DNA of 64,000 nucleotides. Origin: Trichoplax sp. H2 (Eukaryota). Of this stretch, positions 18,201 through 32,250 are shown piece by piece. The stretch spans positions 434,001 to 498,000 of the forward strand of contig NOWV01000011.1 in NCBI GenBank assembly GCA_003344405.1, given 5' to 3'. Position 1 is the stretch's first letter. The number at the start of each line of letters is the position of its first letter. A program made the translations under genes and the position numbers. The notes under the pieces are model-generated. The model saw only the letters and a program-made list of their open reading frames with translations, was not told where the DNA came from and made no database searches.

Positions 18201-21200
18201 ACATACTGAAAGAATCTAACGAGGAAATTGATCAAGTTGTTGTTGTCAGGTAATTGATTGCAATCGAACAAAAAAACTTAATGTCCATGAAGGATAATTT
18301 GCATCTTTTGTTATTTGATTTCATCGTGACCTACATGAAGGCGATTAATAAGTAATGAATAAATAGTATAGTTGTCGGTTCGTCTAAATAATTCGTCCAC
18401 CCGTATGTCGCTATTATATTTTTCCAAGTTAATTGGAAATTTTTTGGATATTAAATAACTTTTATATGGCATAAATGAGTGAGATAATTTAGTTTAGCAA
18501 GTTTAGTTTGACCTCATTTTGAATATACTGAAATAACGCATGAAACCGCCGATGTTGACATTGTCATATTATCGCAGTCCTGCAAATTATGCGCGGCTAA
18601 GTGCCAAATAATTACTTACTAATTTTGATAAGAGGTTATTTTTAACACCTCTCTTGATCGACTCCCATTTGGAAATTTTATCAAAATGATTTCTTTAAAA
18701 TAAGACCGATTTGATATGTATATATATACTGATCGAATAATTTTGACATTTAAAAGCATTTAACCGTAATGAAAAAATTAGATTAACAAAACTATCAACA
18801 TAATTATTATTATCCATCATCCTGTTTATACAATTTATTCCTATATTGTTATTATGCCAAGGCTTAATTTGGAATTTAGAAAATAAAAGCAACCGACTTA
18901 GTTATCCGTGAATGAGTCATTGTTGGTCGTTAATTAAATTTAAATTGGTCTTGAGGATAGAGGCATATTTTTTTCTCCTTTTTTTATTTCTATGACATCC
19001 AATTTTTTTAATCAATTTATCAAATTAGTCTTGGCTATTATCTATAGCTGATAAGCTTTCCGATCATAAACAAACACATAATATGTTCATTTGTAATCTT
19101 GATCCTGTCGACAAGAATAGCTAAAAATTGGTAGGAATATTAATTTGTTGTTTAACTTAATGTTGTTTAGCATGATTAATTAATTACTGATCGCGATTGA
19201 GTATACAAAGGTAGACCCTATAAAGGTATACATGACGCTAATTATCTTTGTTGAATTAATCGCTTTATCTTATCCTTTACCGGCTAACATTGTCTATTCA
19301 CACTGAAATGTAGACCGTTACTAACAAAATAATTACTAGCATATTAGTAAGATAAGATAATATTATTAATGACATTTTATTTTGCATTTGCCAGCAGTAT
19401 TTTCGTATATCTAGATGTCTTCACTTAGCTAGCATTATAAATATGGGTAGACGAAGAAAAGTCTTATGAATAGAATCAATCATATACGCTGATTCAGTAT
19501 TTATTAAAGCAATATTAATAAATTAGTTATCTTAAGCTTTAACTTTTTTCCTAGTCTAACTTATGCTACATTTTTGTGAGTCTTACCTTTTATAGAATAT
19601 GCTCTTTGTATTGTTATCCAAATTCTATAGATTGGATATCAAAACAAACTTCTGCGTCCTGTTACTGTGTTAATGTATCTTTGCAGTATTGGCTGATCTC
19701 TATATTAGTGACATTAACATATAAGAAATATTGATGATAGCATATATAGCAGTAGCGGTACTGAAAGTATTAGTTTATTTAATTTTGATCCTATTAACAG
19801 ATTATTTAGTTGACTTTTTGGCTGCTTTCTCGTATTCTACTTCATTAAAATTTTATCAATCGCACTTTCGTGACTTGTTCATTGCTGATCCAATTAGTTT
19901 ATTATCATTTATATTTTATGCATACTTGTAGGTTCGTCTTTCAACGCCTTATTTTAACTGTCGTATCTATTACAATGGTTAATTATCGACTAATTAAAAG
20001 TAAGAATCAACTACGTGGTTATTGTAATGCTAGCCATGTTATACAAAAGGCTCGCTGTAGATTGTATCAACAAATAAATAAATATAATAGTTGTATTCAC
20101 CATAATTAAATTGATTCAGTTATTATTTGTAAACTGTATTAATTTGTTTTAAATGTCACAGTTATTTTTTAATTAAATTTCAACAATAAGCAGATGAATT
20201 TTATTTTTATCCTGCAGATGTTGCTTGATTAATGATCATGGAATAGCTTATACAAGTTGCAATGAATTCATTGACTGTCGTCGACCTTTTACAATCATTG
20301 CTATCATCTTTACTCGTGTTAATTTACAAAGAGAGTGTATTTATATGACATTGATTTTTTTTAGTACCTAGATGAAAGATGAAGATCATATTGATAGCTG
20401 TAGCAATAGCGTAGTTATCTATTTAGAAAACTAGCATATATGTTATATGTAGTTTCAATAATATAAGCAATGATCACACAAAATCCCTTATATTTGGATA
20501 TTCATTTATCCATTGGATAAAATAACAGTCAAAGAATTCATTATATCTTCAGAATAAAAAATTAAAGGAACGTTTATCGTGTATTATTTTGGTTATGGTG
20601 GGCCTATATATATTTTGATATCTTAAAGATAAGTTAATTAAATTGAAATAAGAATCGATCGATAGTAATCGATTACCAGTATTCGATAGAATACGATAGT
20701 AAGGATAATTAATGACTATCATTCATTAATAATGTTCACATATTCCATTGATTATTAATTCAATATGTATTATATAGTTATTTTCAATCTAACGAGCGGA
20801 TTAATTAGAATGTTACAACAAGATGATACGGATCAAAAAAGAATTCTGTCAATAGATATAACATAAAATATCAACTAGAATAATAATTAAATAATAACTG
20901 CTTTATTAAATGTGAAGAATTGAATAAGAAGAGTAATTAGATTGTGAAATAGAAATAGATATAGGAAGAAAGCCATAAGTGTAAACTAGGTCAAAGTATT
21001 GTGTATCATGGAAAGCATCGGAGAAGATGTGCAAAGATAGCAATAGAAATAGTGACCTTTTCAATTCAATTGTCATTTTTGAGGCTTTTTATAGTGCCTC
21101 GTATTTAACGGGTCACGAAATAAAATGAACTAAATATTTCTCTATTTATATACTGCACAAGAAAGGTTATGGAAATATGACTGTGAGCTTATGTTATAAA

Positions 21201-23752
21201 ACGAATATAAAAAACTTGATAAGACTCGGACAAATCATTTCAATTTCGTATTATTCGATAATGGATAATTTACTACTTTCTCATTGGATTATCTCGAATT
21301 GATTGATACTGATGACTGAATAGCGTGAGTTAAAGTCCCAACTTGAATGGAGTGCTCTCTGTAGTAGTTGGCATTAAAATATTCCACGCAAGTAGTTGTA
21401 TCAACACAATACAATTCTGTCAATTAATTTATTTTAAGAATCAAATGGCAGCTGCAAACAGTAGAGTAATATAAATGCTAGACATATTGAGTTACTTGAT
21501 GTATTGAATTGCAATTTTATGTCGTCTGGCAGGATAAAAGCACTATGATCTCGTTAATATCGACTATATCCGTATTGCTTGTTTTACTTTTGACGCAGTC
21601 TTCGACTTGCTCTTACTTTTAGCCCTAAAGAATACTCTTCCTTTTATGTTCTTATTTTCAATTTTTTTTTACCCCTCCTTATGAAGATTTTGATTATTCT
21701 AATTACCGTTATCATAATTATTATAAAAAGATAATAATACCTATGAGGTTTTCCTATTTATACATCTATCCTCGGTGTAGATACAATCTATAATAGTTGA
21801 GTATTTGACCACGATAGACTGCTGCTCTAACCATCAATGATCTACTCTTTCTCCTCAAGAGGGAAATGAAAATTATCATTATCATCATATTTTATTATTG
21901 CCCAGATTAAAGAAGACTATTAATTTTTATTTTTTTTTAATTAATAAACGTCATTTTATTTTATCTAAATGTTGTTGTTGTCGTTGAATATAACAGACGA
22001 TTTAAAAAAGGATGAAAAGTTTAATAGACAAGGGCGACGAGCACGACATCTCTAGTAAATGTTGGAAAAAATGATTACAATAATATTCCTGTAAAATGAT
22101 TAAATAGAGGAGTAGAAGAGAAAATGATGAGTAAGGATTGGTAGGACGACATAGTAACATGTCAGGTAACAGGAAAGGGAGTGGAGGTGAAATGGCGACA
22201 ATGACTGGACATAGTCACGACAATAACATAGTCGGGCAAGAATCTTAACGAATTAGAAATAATAATTATTAATATGTCAACAATGATGGCGCCAATACGT
22301 ATTGCTAATAGAGCTGTTTAATTGCAGTTAAGTAATGTTTATTATTCATGAAGACAATATCATTCTAATGTTGAACTTTTGCTTAACAATCAACTCTTTT
22401 TAATTGCTAATGCAATTTGTTAGACGCCTAATTGCTTAATATTATAGCAGGTTATTTTATTACTTCCTATACAAACAATCCAATCAAACGCGTAGTTGGC
22501 TATTGGTACAACAGGGTGCCTTCATTCTATACTTACGAGTCTGCATACTTATATGTATACGGCATCTATCTAAAAATGCCTTATTTGTATAGGTAGATCT
22601 CATCTGCTAATTAAAAAGTGCACAAGATCAGCCAACTCAATTAGTCGCATTTATTTAATGACTTCAACTTAATTAACTGCTTTAATCTTTTGATAGCTAT
22701 TCAGTTGAATTTACAACTAACTAACTAACATTATTTCAGTAATATCAATCCAATTAGTTGATCAAATTGGATTATAGTAATCATCTTTGATTCTGAATAT
22801 ACTGAGTTAAACTTTTTTTAAGGAAATTCATTTAATTTAATCTTCACCGCCCTTCCTAATCGATGTATCTTTAAAGTTTTTATCAAATAATTCAGTTTTA
22901 ATGTTACTTCATTATTAATAACTCATTGTTTAATTGGAATTTATTACTTTTTTTGGAAAACGTCTTCAAATTCAATGACTATAAAAAAGTATCTTCGAGA
23001 TTGATTGTAAGCCACTTTTAAGAATTGGATTTATTCATTAGAATTCTCCTTGAAGATCACGAGTGAAAGAGAGAGAAGGAGTAAAAGAGAGAGAAAGAGG
23101 CAGAACGAACGACAGAGTGATTGAAAGAGAGAGACACGAGATTGGAACAGATAGAGAAAATATCCATCATTGAATTGAAATACGAGTATATCCAGTATTC
23201 CGAGATTGGAGTTAGAATAATTTAAGATAAACAGCTAATTCTTGATAAAATCGATTCAATCAAGGACCAAAGTTGTGTTAATCAGAGCTAAGGTTCATCA
23301 AGTCAATAGCATCCTATTATCGAGATATCAGATTTTCAAACTTCAAGCTGGCATTGGTAAATTGTTGAAATTATTAAACTCGTTAATCTATTAGTTGATG
23401 CAAATTAAGCATTATATTGGTGTTACTCTTGTGAATCTACGATCAACTTTATTTGAAAAAAGATTGACTTGCTGAAGACTGGTAACTTCCACCTAGTGTT
23501 TACCCTAATTATAGTCAATAAATTAGCTTGCTATCCGCAATCCAGAAGTGTTGAATCCAGGCTATAGTAGTCACTTTTTGTTGACCAAATTGTCCTACTT
23601 ATTGGCTAAAGAAATTGAAGTCTAACGATCGTGCAAATTGAATTGCAACTCTTTGGCTTGGATCGTATCTAAAGTCTACAAGTTGAATTTAATTTTTTAT
23701 TTAAAAGGTAGAAGACAAGATCTTGTCATTGATCCGCTATTACATATTGACT

Positions 23753-26700
23753 ATGACCGCTAATGAAAGTGGTAAGTCGTGTTGGAAATGTTTGTAGAAT
23801 GCTTTTAGCCGTGTTGAATTTCATATCTTTAATACCCCTCAATAGGCCTGGTGGTTTAAGATTTTTCCTTTTTTATAACCTTTTTTTTTTATTATTTAAT
23901 TTCTTGCATTCTCCAATTTTGTTAACTTAACTCAATAAGAATACGCTGCTATTGCTTGATCGTGACTTTGGGGTTAGCTGATGACGAGCATTATTTAACA
24001 CCATCAACTAAATACTAACAGACGTTACTCTCTCTAGCGGCTAAAATGATGTCATGTTAGTATAATAACATTGATTATTGTATACCGATGGGGATGATCC
24101 TTTGATCAATATATATTATATTATTCTATTCATATCCACGTTCGCAACGTAAACTATTTTGAAAAAGGTACAATAATCATCATTTACAATATCCAAATAC
24201 ACATAATATGATTCATTTTCTGATGGGTTGTACGTATATTGTTGATGAAGCCATGATATTGCATGGTTGATAGTGATACTTTTTACTCCATCAACACCAT
24301 TGGCTTCTTGGTGAATTACTTTCCAAAATAGCCCTAGTCACATGTTGGATAGTAATACAGTATTGGAAGAGGATTAAGAGCGTACAACATTCCTATCCTA
24401 CATGGATCTATTTGAATTTGTTATTGCCCAAGATATCCTATCATACTTGTAAAGTTATGCATGGTTTTGTCCATTCTTTTCTTTCCGTTGCTAGTGAAGT
24501 TTTCCTTTTGACCCTTTTGTAATGAATGGGGATGAAAATTGGCTGAGTGGGGGGGGGGGGAAGACATTATAAATTGAAAATATCCCTAAGAAAGAATGAA
24601 ATTAGTCTGATATGTTGTTAGGTGATAAAATACGTAGAACGTAATAAGGTTGGATTTGCTTTCTTGGTCATGAGATGGATACGTTAGGGGCAGCCAGCCA
24701 TTCATTCTTAAAGGCAATTATTTCAAAGTCATACTACAACTTGGAAATTTTGAACGTCCATTCATATTAACACATCGACATGATTTCCGTTGGTAGGCAA
24801 TAACTTCCTCAGAATCATTCCTACTTACTATCCTCGACCATTTTGCTAGCCGGCATTTGGACGCGCTTTACTCACCACAAAGAGATTGAGGAAGAGTAGT
24901 CAGACTACAATACAGTCAAGGCGTGTGACATCTGTGACATCACAGTAACAAGTGTAGAATGACGATGGTTGACTTTCACGCGATTCAATCAGATGACAGT
25001 CACACAGTCTCCTTCCCTTTGATGCCTGTTGTTGTTATTTTCCTACAGCATTATTTCCCTTCACGCATATTTCACTCACTTGATGGTCCGGAACATGGGA
25101 CCATGGCAATGGCCAGACAGCAGCCCGCTCGACGGTCTTAACAATCAAAGCCTAACATGGACGCAATCGTCGATGTTAGGCCGATAGTAATTTGACGAGA
25201 ATGACCAATCGGCTCGATTGCAATTTGTAGTCGGGCAAGATAGATTAAAGTCAATGGATTCTAGCATCTAAGAGAAGATGATATCATTTCTTTCGCAATC
25301 GTCGATGCTAGGCCGATAGTAATTTGACCAGAATGGCTAATCGACTCGATAGCAATCGGAGACGATTGCAATTTGTAGTCGGGCAAGATAGATTAAAGTC
25401 AATGGATTCTAGCATCTAGGAGAAGATGATATCATTTCTTGTTCAGTATCCGTTCAATTTATCTTCATTTGATACGGTTCACGGGGGGGGGGGGAAATTG
25501 AAATTGCCATGGCAGACAGCCTCCAACAATGCTCTACTTTGCGTTATGAGTACAATTATGAACCGTCCAAGAAAAGAGGATATAGGGACTAGATAGCGAT
25601 TGCAGCTAATGAAAGTTTTTTACTGTTGGCAGACTCCCATGGCGTTCTATTCTGCGGTAGTATGGATAAAAGTTAAGGGTTAAGGTCGTCTACAATGAGA
25701 CGATAGCATTTTTCCTTCACCATCAGTTCAATTTGTATCGATTACATCGCCATCCAAGCGAATTCAATGAAGACTTCAGTACCACAGCAGGATCCCCCTC
25801 GTCAATAGACCCCATCATTTTAAATGCATCCTTTCCTTTCACGAAATGAATACAAATTAATTGATTGCATTGATTGCAATCATGGTAGATTTAATCCATT
25901 TCTACCGGCAGGAACAGTTCACTAGCCACGCTAGACTTGGAATAGGGAGGGTACTTTTTTTTGTCTGTGCAAGAGCTCAAATACCCGTTCATAGCGATCA
26001 AATAGATTGATTTTCTCTGATCGAATTAGATTAATCCGTAGGAAATTTGTATTGAAGAATGAATGTAATTTTCGAGTTGAAGGAAAAAAAATAAACTGTC
26101 TTGTTTTTTTTAAAGAAAGAGTTACTTCAATTTAACTCCGTAAAATGGATCCGGTAGCGCAATCATTTATATACCCTATTCTACGGTAGATACTGGTAGA
26201 GAAAGATTCCATGAGACATCATCTAGTTAAAATAGCAATGGCTCAAGAATAAACAAATAGTAGATAAAAACGATACTTTTACACTGTAGCGTCGTCAAGA
26301 AAGAAAGAGAGATAAAATCATGAATCGTTTTTTTTAAACTTCTTTTCATCCACCTTGCATTCACTCTGTATTACGTAGTGCTTGTGACCAATGTAGACAT
26401 AAATATTAAACACCATAGCTAATTATTGACTCAACGCCTAGTCAGTGTTGCTTACGCCAACATTGGCCAGTTTTAATATTATGCAAGAATATTAAAATTC
26501 TCTCCGACAAAGTCATCGCTCGATTGGACCAACACCCGCCGCCGTTAGTTTACACAATACACCAACCACTTAACATAGTTACAATAGTCAGACAGTATTA
26601 GGATAAGATATTAGTGTAAGCTTACATTCAACGACAACAACAGAAAAAATGGATAAAAAAGAAGACTTCAGCTTAGATTTCTTGACTGTCTGGACCGCAG

Positions 26701-29700
26701 TTAAAACAACAGCACATTAATCAAAAGGTCATTTTTTATGTGAATCGTGGTCAGATAATATTGGCAAAAGGATATACGGACTATCTTTTACCCTGATCGT
26801 TTAGTAGAATTTCATTTACATAATCATATATTATTTTTAATAAGCTACTTAGTAACGCGTAGTCAATTAATTAATATTGTAGTAGTGTAATTACGTTAAT
26901 TGTTCGTTTTGTCATCGTTTTATACACTACTTTATGAATCCTTTTCTAATTCTTTACTCAGGTAGGGGTACAGTCATTCAGTTGTTCTCTTCCTTTTTTT
27001 TTTTGCCGTGACACGGTTTTTGCTATAGTCACGGCCGACTAGTTCAACCTAATTTCAGCGTAAACTGTTTTGAAATGTTCGATGATGGAATTATCTTACA
27101 ACGACTTATTTTAATTAATGAATAGAACGACGGTATAAGCTAGTTGTATAGATGATACGTATAAGATCTGAAAATCATTCAAATCATTAGTGTAAGAGAG
27201 CTCATTTAAAAATAATCATATCGGAATAGTAAAATAGGTGAGATAAATCAACCCATTTACTTGAAGTATGCTATTCACTTATTTTCAAGTCCAGTTTTTC
27301 TCATTTTGATCATGTCTAGAAGTCAGCAGGGTTAAAAATCAATTTTACAGTAAAATGTACGGGTAATGTCGCGGCCAAATTATCGTACGTATACCATGAT
27401 CTAAAATGAAAACTGCCATAGCAAAGTTATACGTATAACAAAACATTAATAACCAATACACACAGTCAATTTTAACTTCGATTAAATAAAATAATGACAT
27501 ACTATTTCTAAATAACCGAGTTTTCGCGCAGTTTACGCTTTCTATTCATTGTGTCATTTTAAAAATTAATGACTATATCTGTTGGTGCATGATGATAGAG
27601 GATACCGTAATCTATTTAGTAAGAAAAGATTTCCACCTAAATCGCTCAGATATTTCCTGAAGTTGTGGAGACGACAATCAACCTTTCGTTTTTAACTATA
27701 TATTCTACAAATTGTATTAGACCGATACTGCACTCAGGTAAAACTCCCTCAAGAGTAATATTTTCGATCAAGCCCCCTATATCGTGTACCTTTTTTTCTG
27801 GTAATCATGGGCAAACTACCGTATAAGTAACCATATGAATATTGTATACAAGTAGATCTAAGATGGAGATGCATTTTTTTAAATACTGTATCAACCCGGT
27901 ATATTTCGATCGCTAGCAACTACATCCCAAGTTTCGCAACGTAACTTAACGATAGCAATTTAATTATATTATTTTAATTATTGCTTATTGATTCATTATC
28001 ATCTATTTTAATTTTGTTTCATCTGAATAGTTTAATCTGTGATATTAGCTGAATGCCACGGTAGATTGAATATAGATTGTTTAGATTAAATAGTAACTGT
28101 AAAAATGATCATCAACCTAATTTTACTACTCTACTGTACAACATTCATGATACATTCGGTAAACACTCTTAAAAAAACTACAATAAATTCTCTTTACACA
28201 AAAATTAGCAAATAGCCTATTTGCTTATTTAGGGTAACGATAGAATACAGACATTGATAGAAAATTGAAGGAATTGGCATATCGACGGCATGTTGTTTTT
28301 CCTTTTAATTTATGATTGACTATGAAAACAAGATTGATTAATAGTTTATCTAATCGACATTAATCTGCTTACAGTTGTTTTCATCATCTATATAGATAAA
28401 AATAATCCATTATTTGACATATTAATAGCCAATTTTCATTACTTTAGGATGATATTACCCATCGTTTAAATGGTTTTACTTTATGTTCTCTATTGTCTAT
28501 TAATATTATTGGGTAAAAGATAATAACAACAATAATAAGAATAATAATAACCGAATTGACGTACTTACAGCTACGGAAGAAAAAAAAGAGATTGAACAGT
28601 TTTAATATAAATCCATTGACAAATAAGACAATAGTCGATTTTATTCAAGCATAAATTGTTAATTTATTTGGATTACAACAGTTTCTAAATTTGTGTTAAT
28701 TGACGTTGTTGTGTAAATTTGAAAACAATTAAACGAACGATGTTATCTCAATTGACGTTAGATAATATCGTGGCAATTAGGGAGATTCAAGGTTTTTAAT
28801 TAGGAATTATGCCGGTTAATTCTATCCTTATAGCTCCTCTCATATATAAGCGATTGACACTTAATTTCTCTTAGTAATTATGATAGTTAGTCATCCTCTG
28901 AAACTTTTCTGATCAGCCCCTTACCTGCAATATAGCACGATACGGTAACTTTTTCCCCTACAGAAAGATTCAATCTGGTTAGCACAATTAAATTCATTTG
29001 ATAAAAGATTTTCCTGAGAAGTTAGGAATGCAATTTTAGTCATAGGGACTGCACGTATTAAATTATAGTAATTTTCAGGTTGCTTTGTACTTAAATCATA
29101 ATTAATAATTATAATCCTGCGATTAAATTGAATAATTTTTTACTGTAATCATTTATGTCTGGATCTGTTTGCTTTCATCTATTAGATCGAACAACTATGG
29201 TAGAATCTTCCTACGATAACGAATCTATCCTGAGTAGATTACACGACACAGCTTCCATTAATAATAGGAAACGCCTAGAAAGAGAAGATTCCGATTCTGA
29301 AAAGCAAAAGCAGAAACGATTTCGTACTACATTTACTAATGGACAGTTAGAAGAACTAGAGAAAGCTTTTGCAATTACTCATTATCCGGATGTATTTACT
29401 CGAGAAGAAATTGCTAGTCGAGTTGATTTGACTGAAGCAAAAGTACAGGTTAGCAAGTAAAATAAATAATCTCTGTTAATAACCCGTTAATCAGTATGGT
29501 AATTATTTCTTTATTGCCTGTCAGCCATTAATTTGAATAGAGATTAGTATGGATTAAAAATATTAAATTGTTTTTTTACAAAAACACTTATAAATAGATT
29601 CGTAAATATCAAGGTTGATATCGTTGATAGTATTTGCTGATTATACAGTATTAAAATATAGTCGTTATTGCTTTGAAGCAATAACAAGAAAATAACTGAC

Positions 29701-32250
29701 TGCACTAATTTGAAACCAAAAAACAATTATCACAAACTATTTTTATGGTGTACTCAAGTATTGAATTTGAAAGTTTTGTATGCTGTATACTAGAATATTT
29801 ACATTTAACGATTTATTAACTTCGGTCAAATTACTGTAAATCAGTACCGGGCAATAAGCAATACCTAACGGAAAAGCCTCAATTTAAAATATTAGTAATA
29901 CTTCGGGTTTATAACTTCAAAATGAAATGAAAATCTTCAAGTAGAAATAGAATAAAGCATACGCATAGACTTACAAATTCTATGATCGTAACCAGTGATT
30001 CGTCATTCGACGCGAACTACTGTACAATTTTATAAAATCTGAGAACGTTTACAATAATCAGTTATCAATAGTCTAAACACTTAATTAGTAAAGTGTTGAC
30101 CCATGTAAAATTATTCAAAATCGATCTGATAGCAGTACACGTATTTCAGGGTGATCAGATAGCATTGTGCTCTAGTCAGCAACTTCTAAATATTTAACGT
30201 ACCACTACTGTTCCAATTTTCTTATTATTAGCCTATATTAATAGCTATACGCGCAATAATAGAAATGCAGGTAAAATCTGTAGGTTGACTTAATAATAAA
30301 ACTTCTTACTACCCGTATATCGATTGATAAGGGAAAAATAGTATACACCTATATTCAAAATCTTTCCTTAAGTCGTAATACATTGCTACCAATCGTGAAT
30401 TTAGTTGCTACCGTTGATTCCATATCACGACACTGTATATTCATTATCCGATGCTTTGACAAAGAACACTAATTCAACATTAATACAGACCAAAATTGAT
30501 TTGCCTATACGTATGAGTAAAATTCCAATGGAAACATCATCGATATCGATTTATGTTACGCGTATGCACAAAGAGTTGTTTATTTGATAATTTTCACATC
30601 GGATAATTGGATAAGCAAGCTGTGTATTTTAGTATAGCATTGATAGCAAAATATACTGGATAGGACTACTAAATGAATAAATTATTTTTAGTCAATGATT
30701 AATCATTACTCTTTTTCGCCGTTCTTATTTCTAAAGCACGAAAAATTTCACTATCATAATTGCCAGAATTCGTTTATTGTTCAGTTGGACTTCATTTCGT
30801 GATTATCTATATTTCGTTCAATGTTCTAAGTCAAGATTATTATACAATAATATAATTAGTTATTCTTGTCAGTCTGCAGTATAGAGCTGAATATTTCTTC
30901 GATGTATAAATGAATGTATTGCATGGTAGTTCTAACAATGTCTTCTCCTTTTTCCCTAAATTCATCGGAGATCAATTTGTAAGATACAGCCTGTAATTAT
31001 GATGTAGTAATTAGCTATTAGTTTGGGGAATCTTGCCTAATTAACTATGTGTTATTTATTTCCTTAATTGAGGGATAGACCAAGAAATTACTTTGATTAT
31101 TGGAGATTACAAAATTTAAAATTTTGAATAGAATTGATTAGTAATAACGCTGATAATAGTTATTCTGCATGAGAAGCCTACAAACACTCCATTTGTGCTA
31201 CGTAGAAGAATTTCTCAAGTAGTAATGTTAGCAAGTTTCTAAAAAATACAAGTTTACAGAAGTATTCAAATAAGCGATTTATAGATCGTTATTCATACTA
31301 ATGATTCAGCTATTTGCCTAACAATGTTTTTACGGTATGAAGCACTCGCTTTAGTAGTTAGTGATAGTGGAGCATATTAATTTTTAGTTACAGCTATTGA
31401 CGTCGGTTGCTTCTCCTGTTCTGATAATTAATTATTGTAATCTACTTACATGTAATTAACTTACTGTATGGCATTATGTCTTGGATTAGCTTAGGTTATC
31501 CAATAATTATAATCGAGAGACATAGTGGCTGTAAATAAGGCTTTCCCAATAAACAAGATTGTAAATCATTTTATGGATTCGAAACTTAAATTCAAAAATT
31601 CGCAATAATATTAGTGTATTTTAGAATTATGATGTTGACGTAAATTTTATAAAACTTTCTAATCATGTTTAGACAATATTGATTATAGTTATTATTTATA
31701 CTAGCGGCACATAGTAATGGTCAATCACTTGATAGTGATCCTGTTCTATATTTGTTAATTTAAAGTTATTACCTTACAAAGGCAATCGTATTTAATGATA
31801 CATTTCACTTTATAGGTATGGTTTCAAAATCGGCGTGCAAAGTGGAGAAAGCGACAGAAATCGACAGGTCCAACACGTTCCAGTAGCACACTAGAGAGTA
31901 CTGCTAGCAGTATTTATAACCACAACAACGATTCGCCATCTTTTGCGGATCCAATACGAGTTCGACATCATCCAACAATGAGTTTAGAGGCATATAATAA
32001 TTATTTCGTTTGGCCAAAACAACAGCAAGTCAGCCATACAAACGGTAGTAATAGTTCTAGTTATTATCATTACAATGTACCATCATTTGGCAAACGGAAT
32101 TTGATGCAATATGGACATCCGACAGCTTTTAGCGGCAGTTCAGCAAGTACTCCTTTCGCCTTCAATCCCATGATGCAGTCAGCAATCAATTCAGGATTTT
32201 TTAATACCTATCAACGTGATAGCTATCCTTACGGCTATTCTTTATGTTAA
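23753..32250 (+). CDS. Arx: PRD-class Q50 homeobox gene, Arx/aristaless-like (~238 aa; exons 23753-23771, 29186-29448, 31816-32250)
   Basis: Homeodomain [60 protein letters not shown], with the PRD-typical intron between residues 46/47. The upstream mini-exon ATGACCGCTAATGAAAGTG|gtaagt is phase-compatible but less certain. Orthology within the PRD class needs a tree. Confidence 0.8.
25162..25440. repeat. Recent tandem duplication (~132-bp unit x2) in intron 1 of the homeobox gene
   Basis: cgcaatcgtcgatg.taggccgatagtaatttgac...agaagatgatatcatttctt at 25162 and 25294; the second copy has a short insertion. Confidence 0.85.

Noticed and set aside
17200-22900. Numerous TAAT/ATTA palindromic homeodomain-like sites
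   Set aside because: Expected by chance at this AT content; cannot be supported without statistics or conservation.
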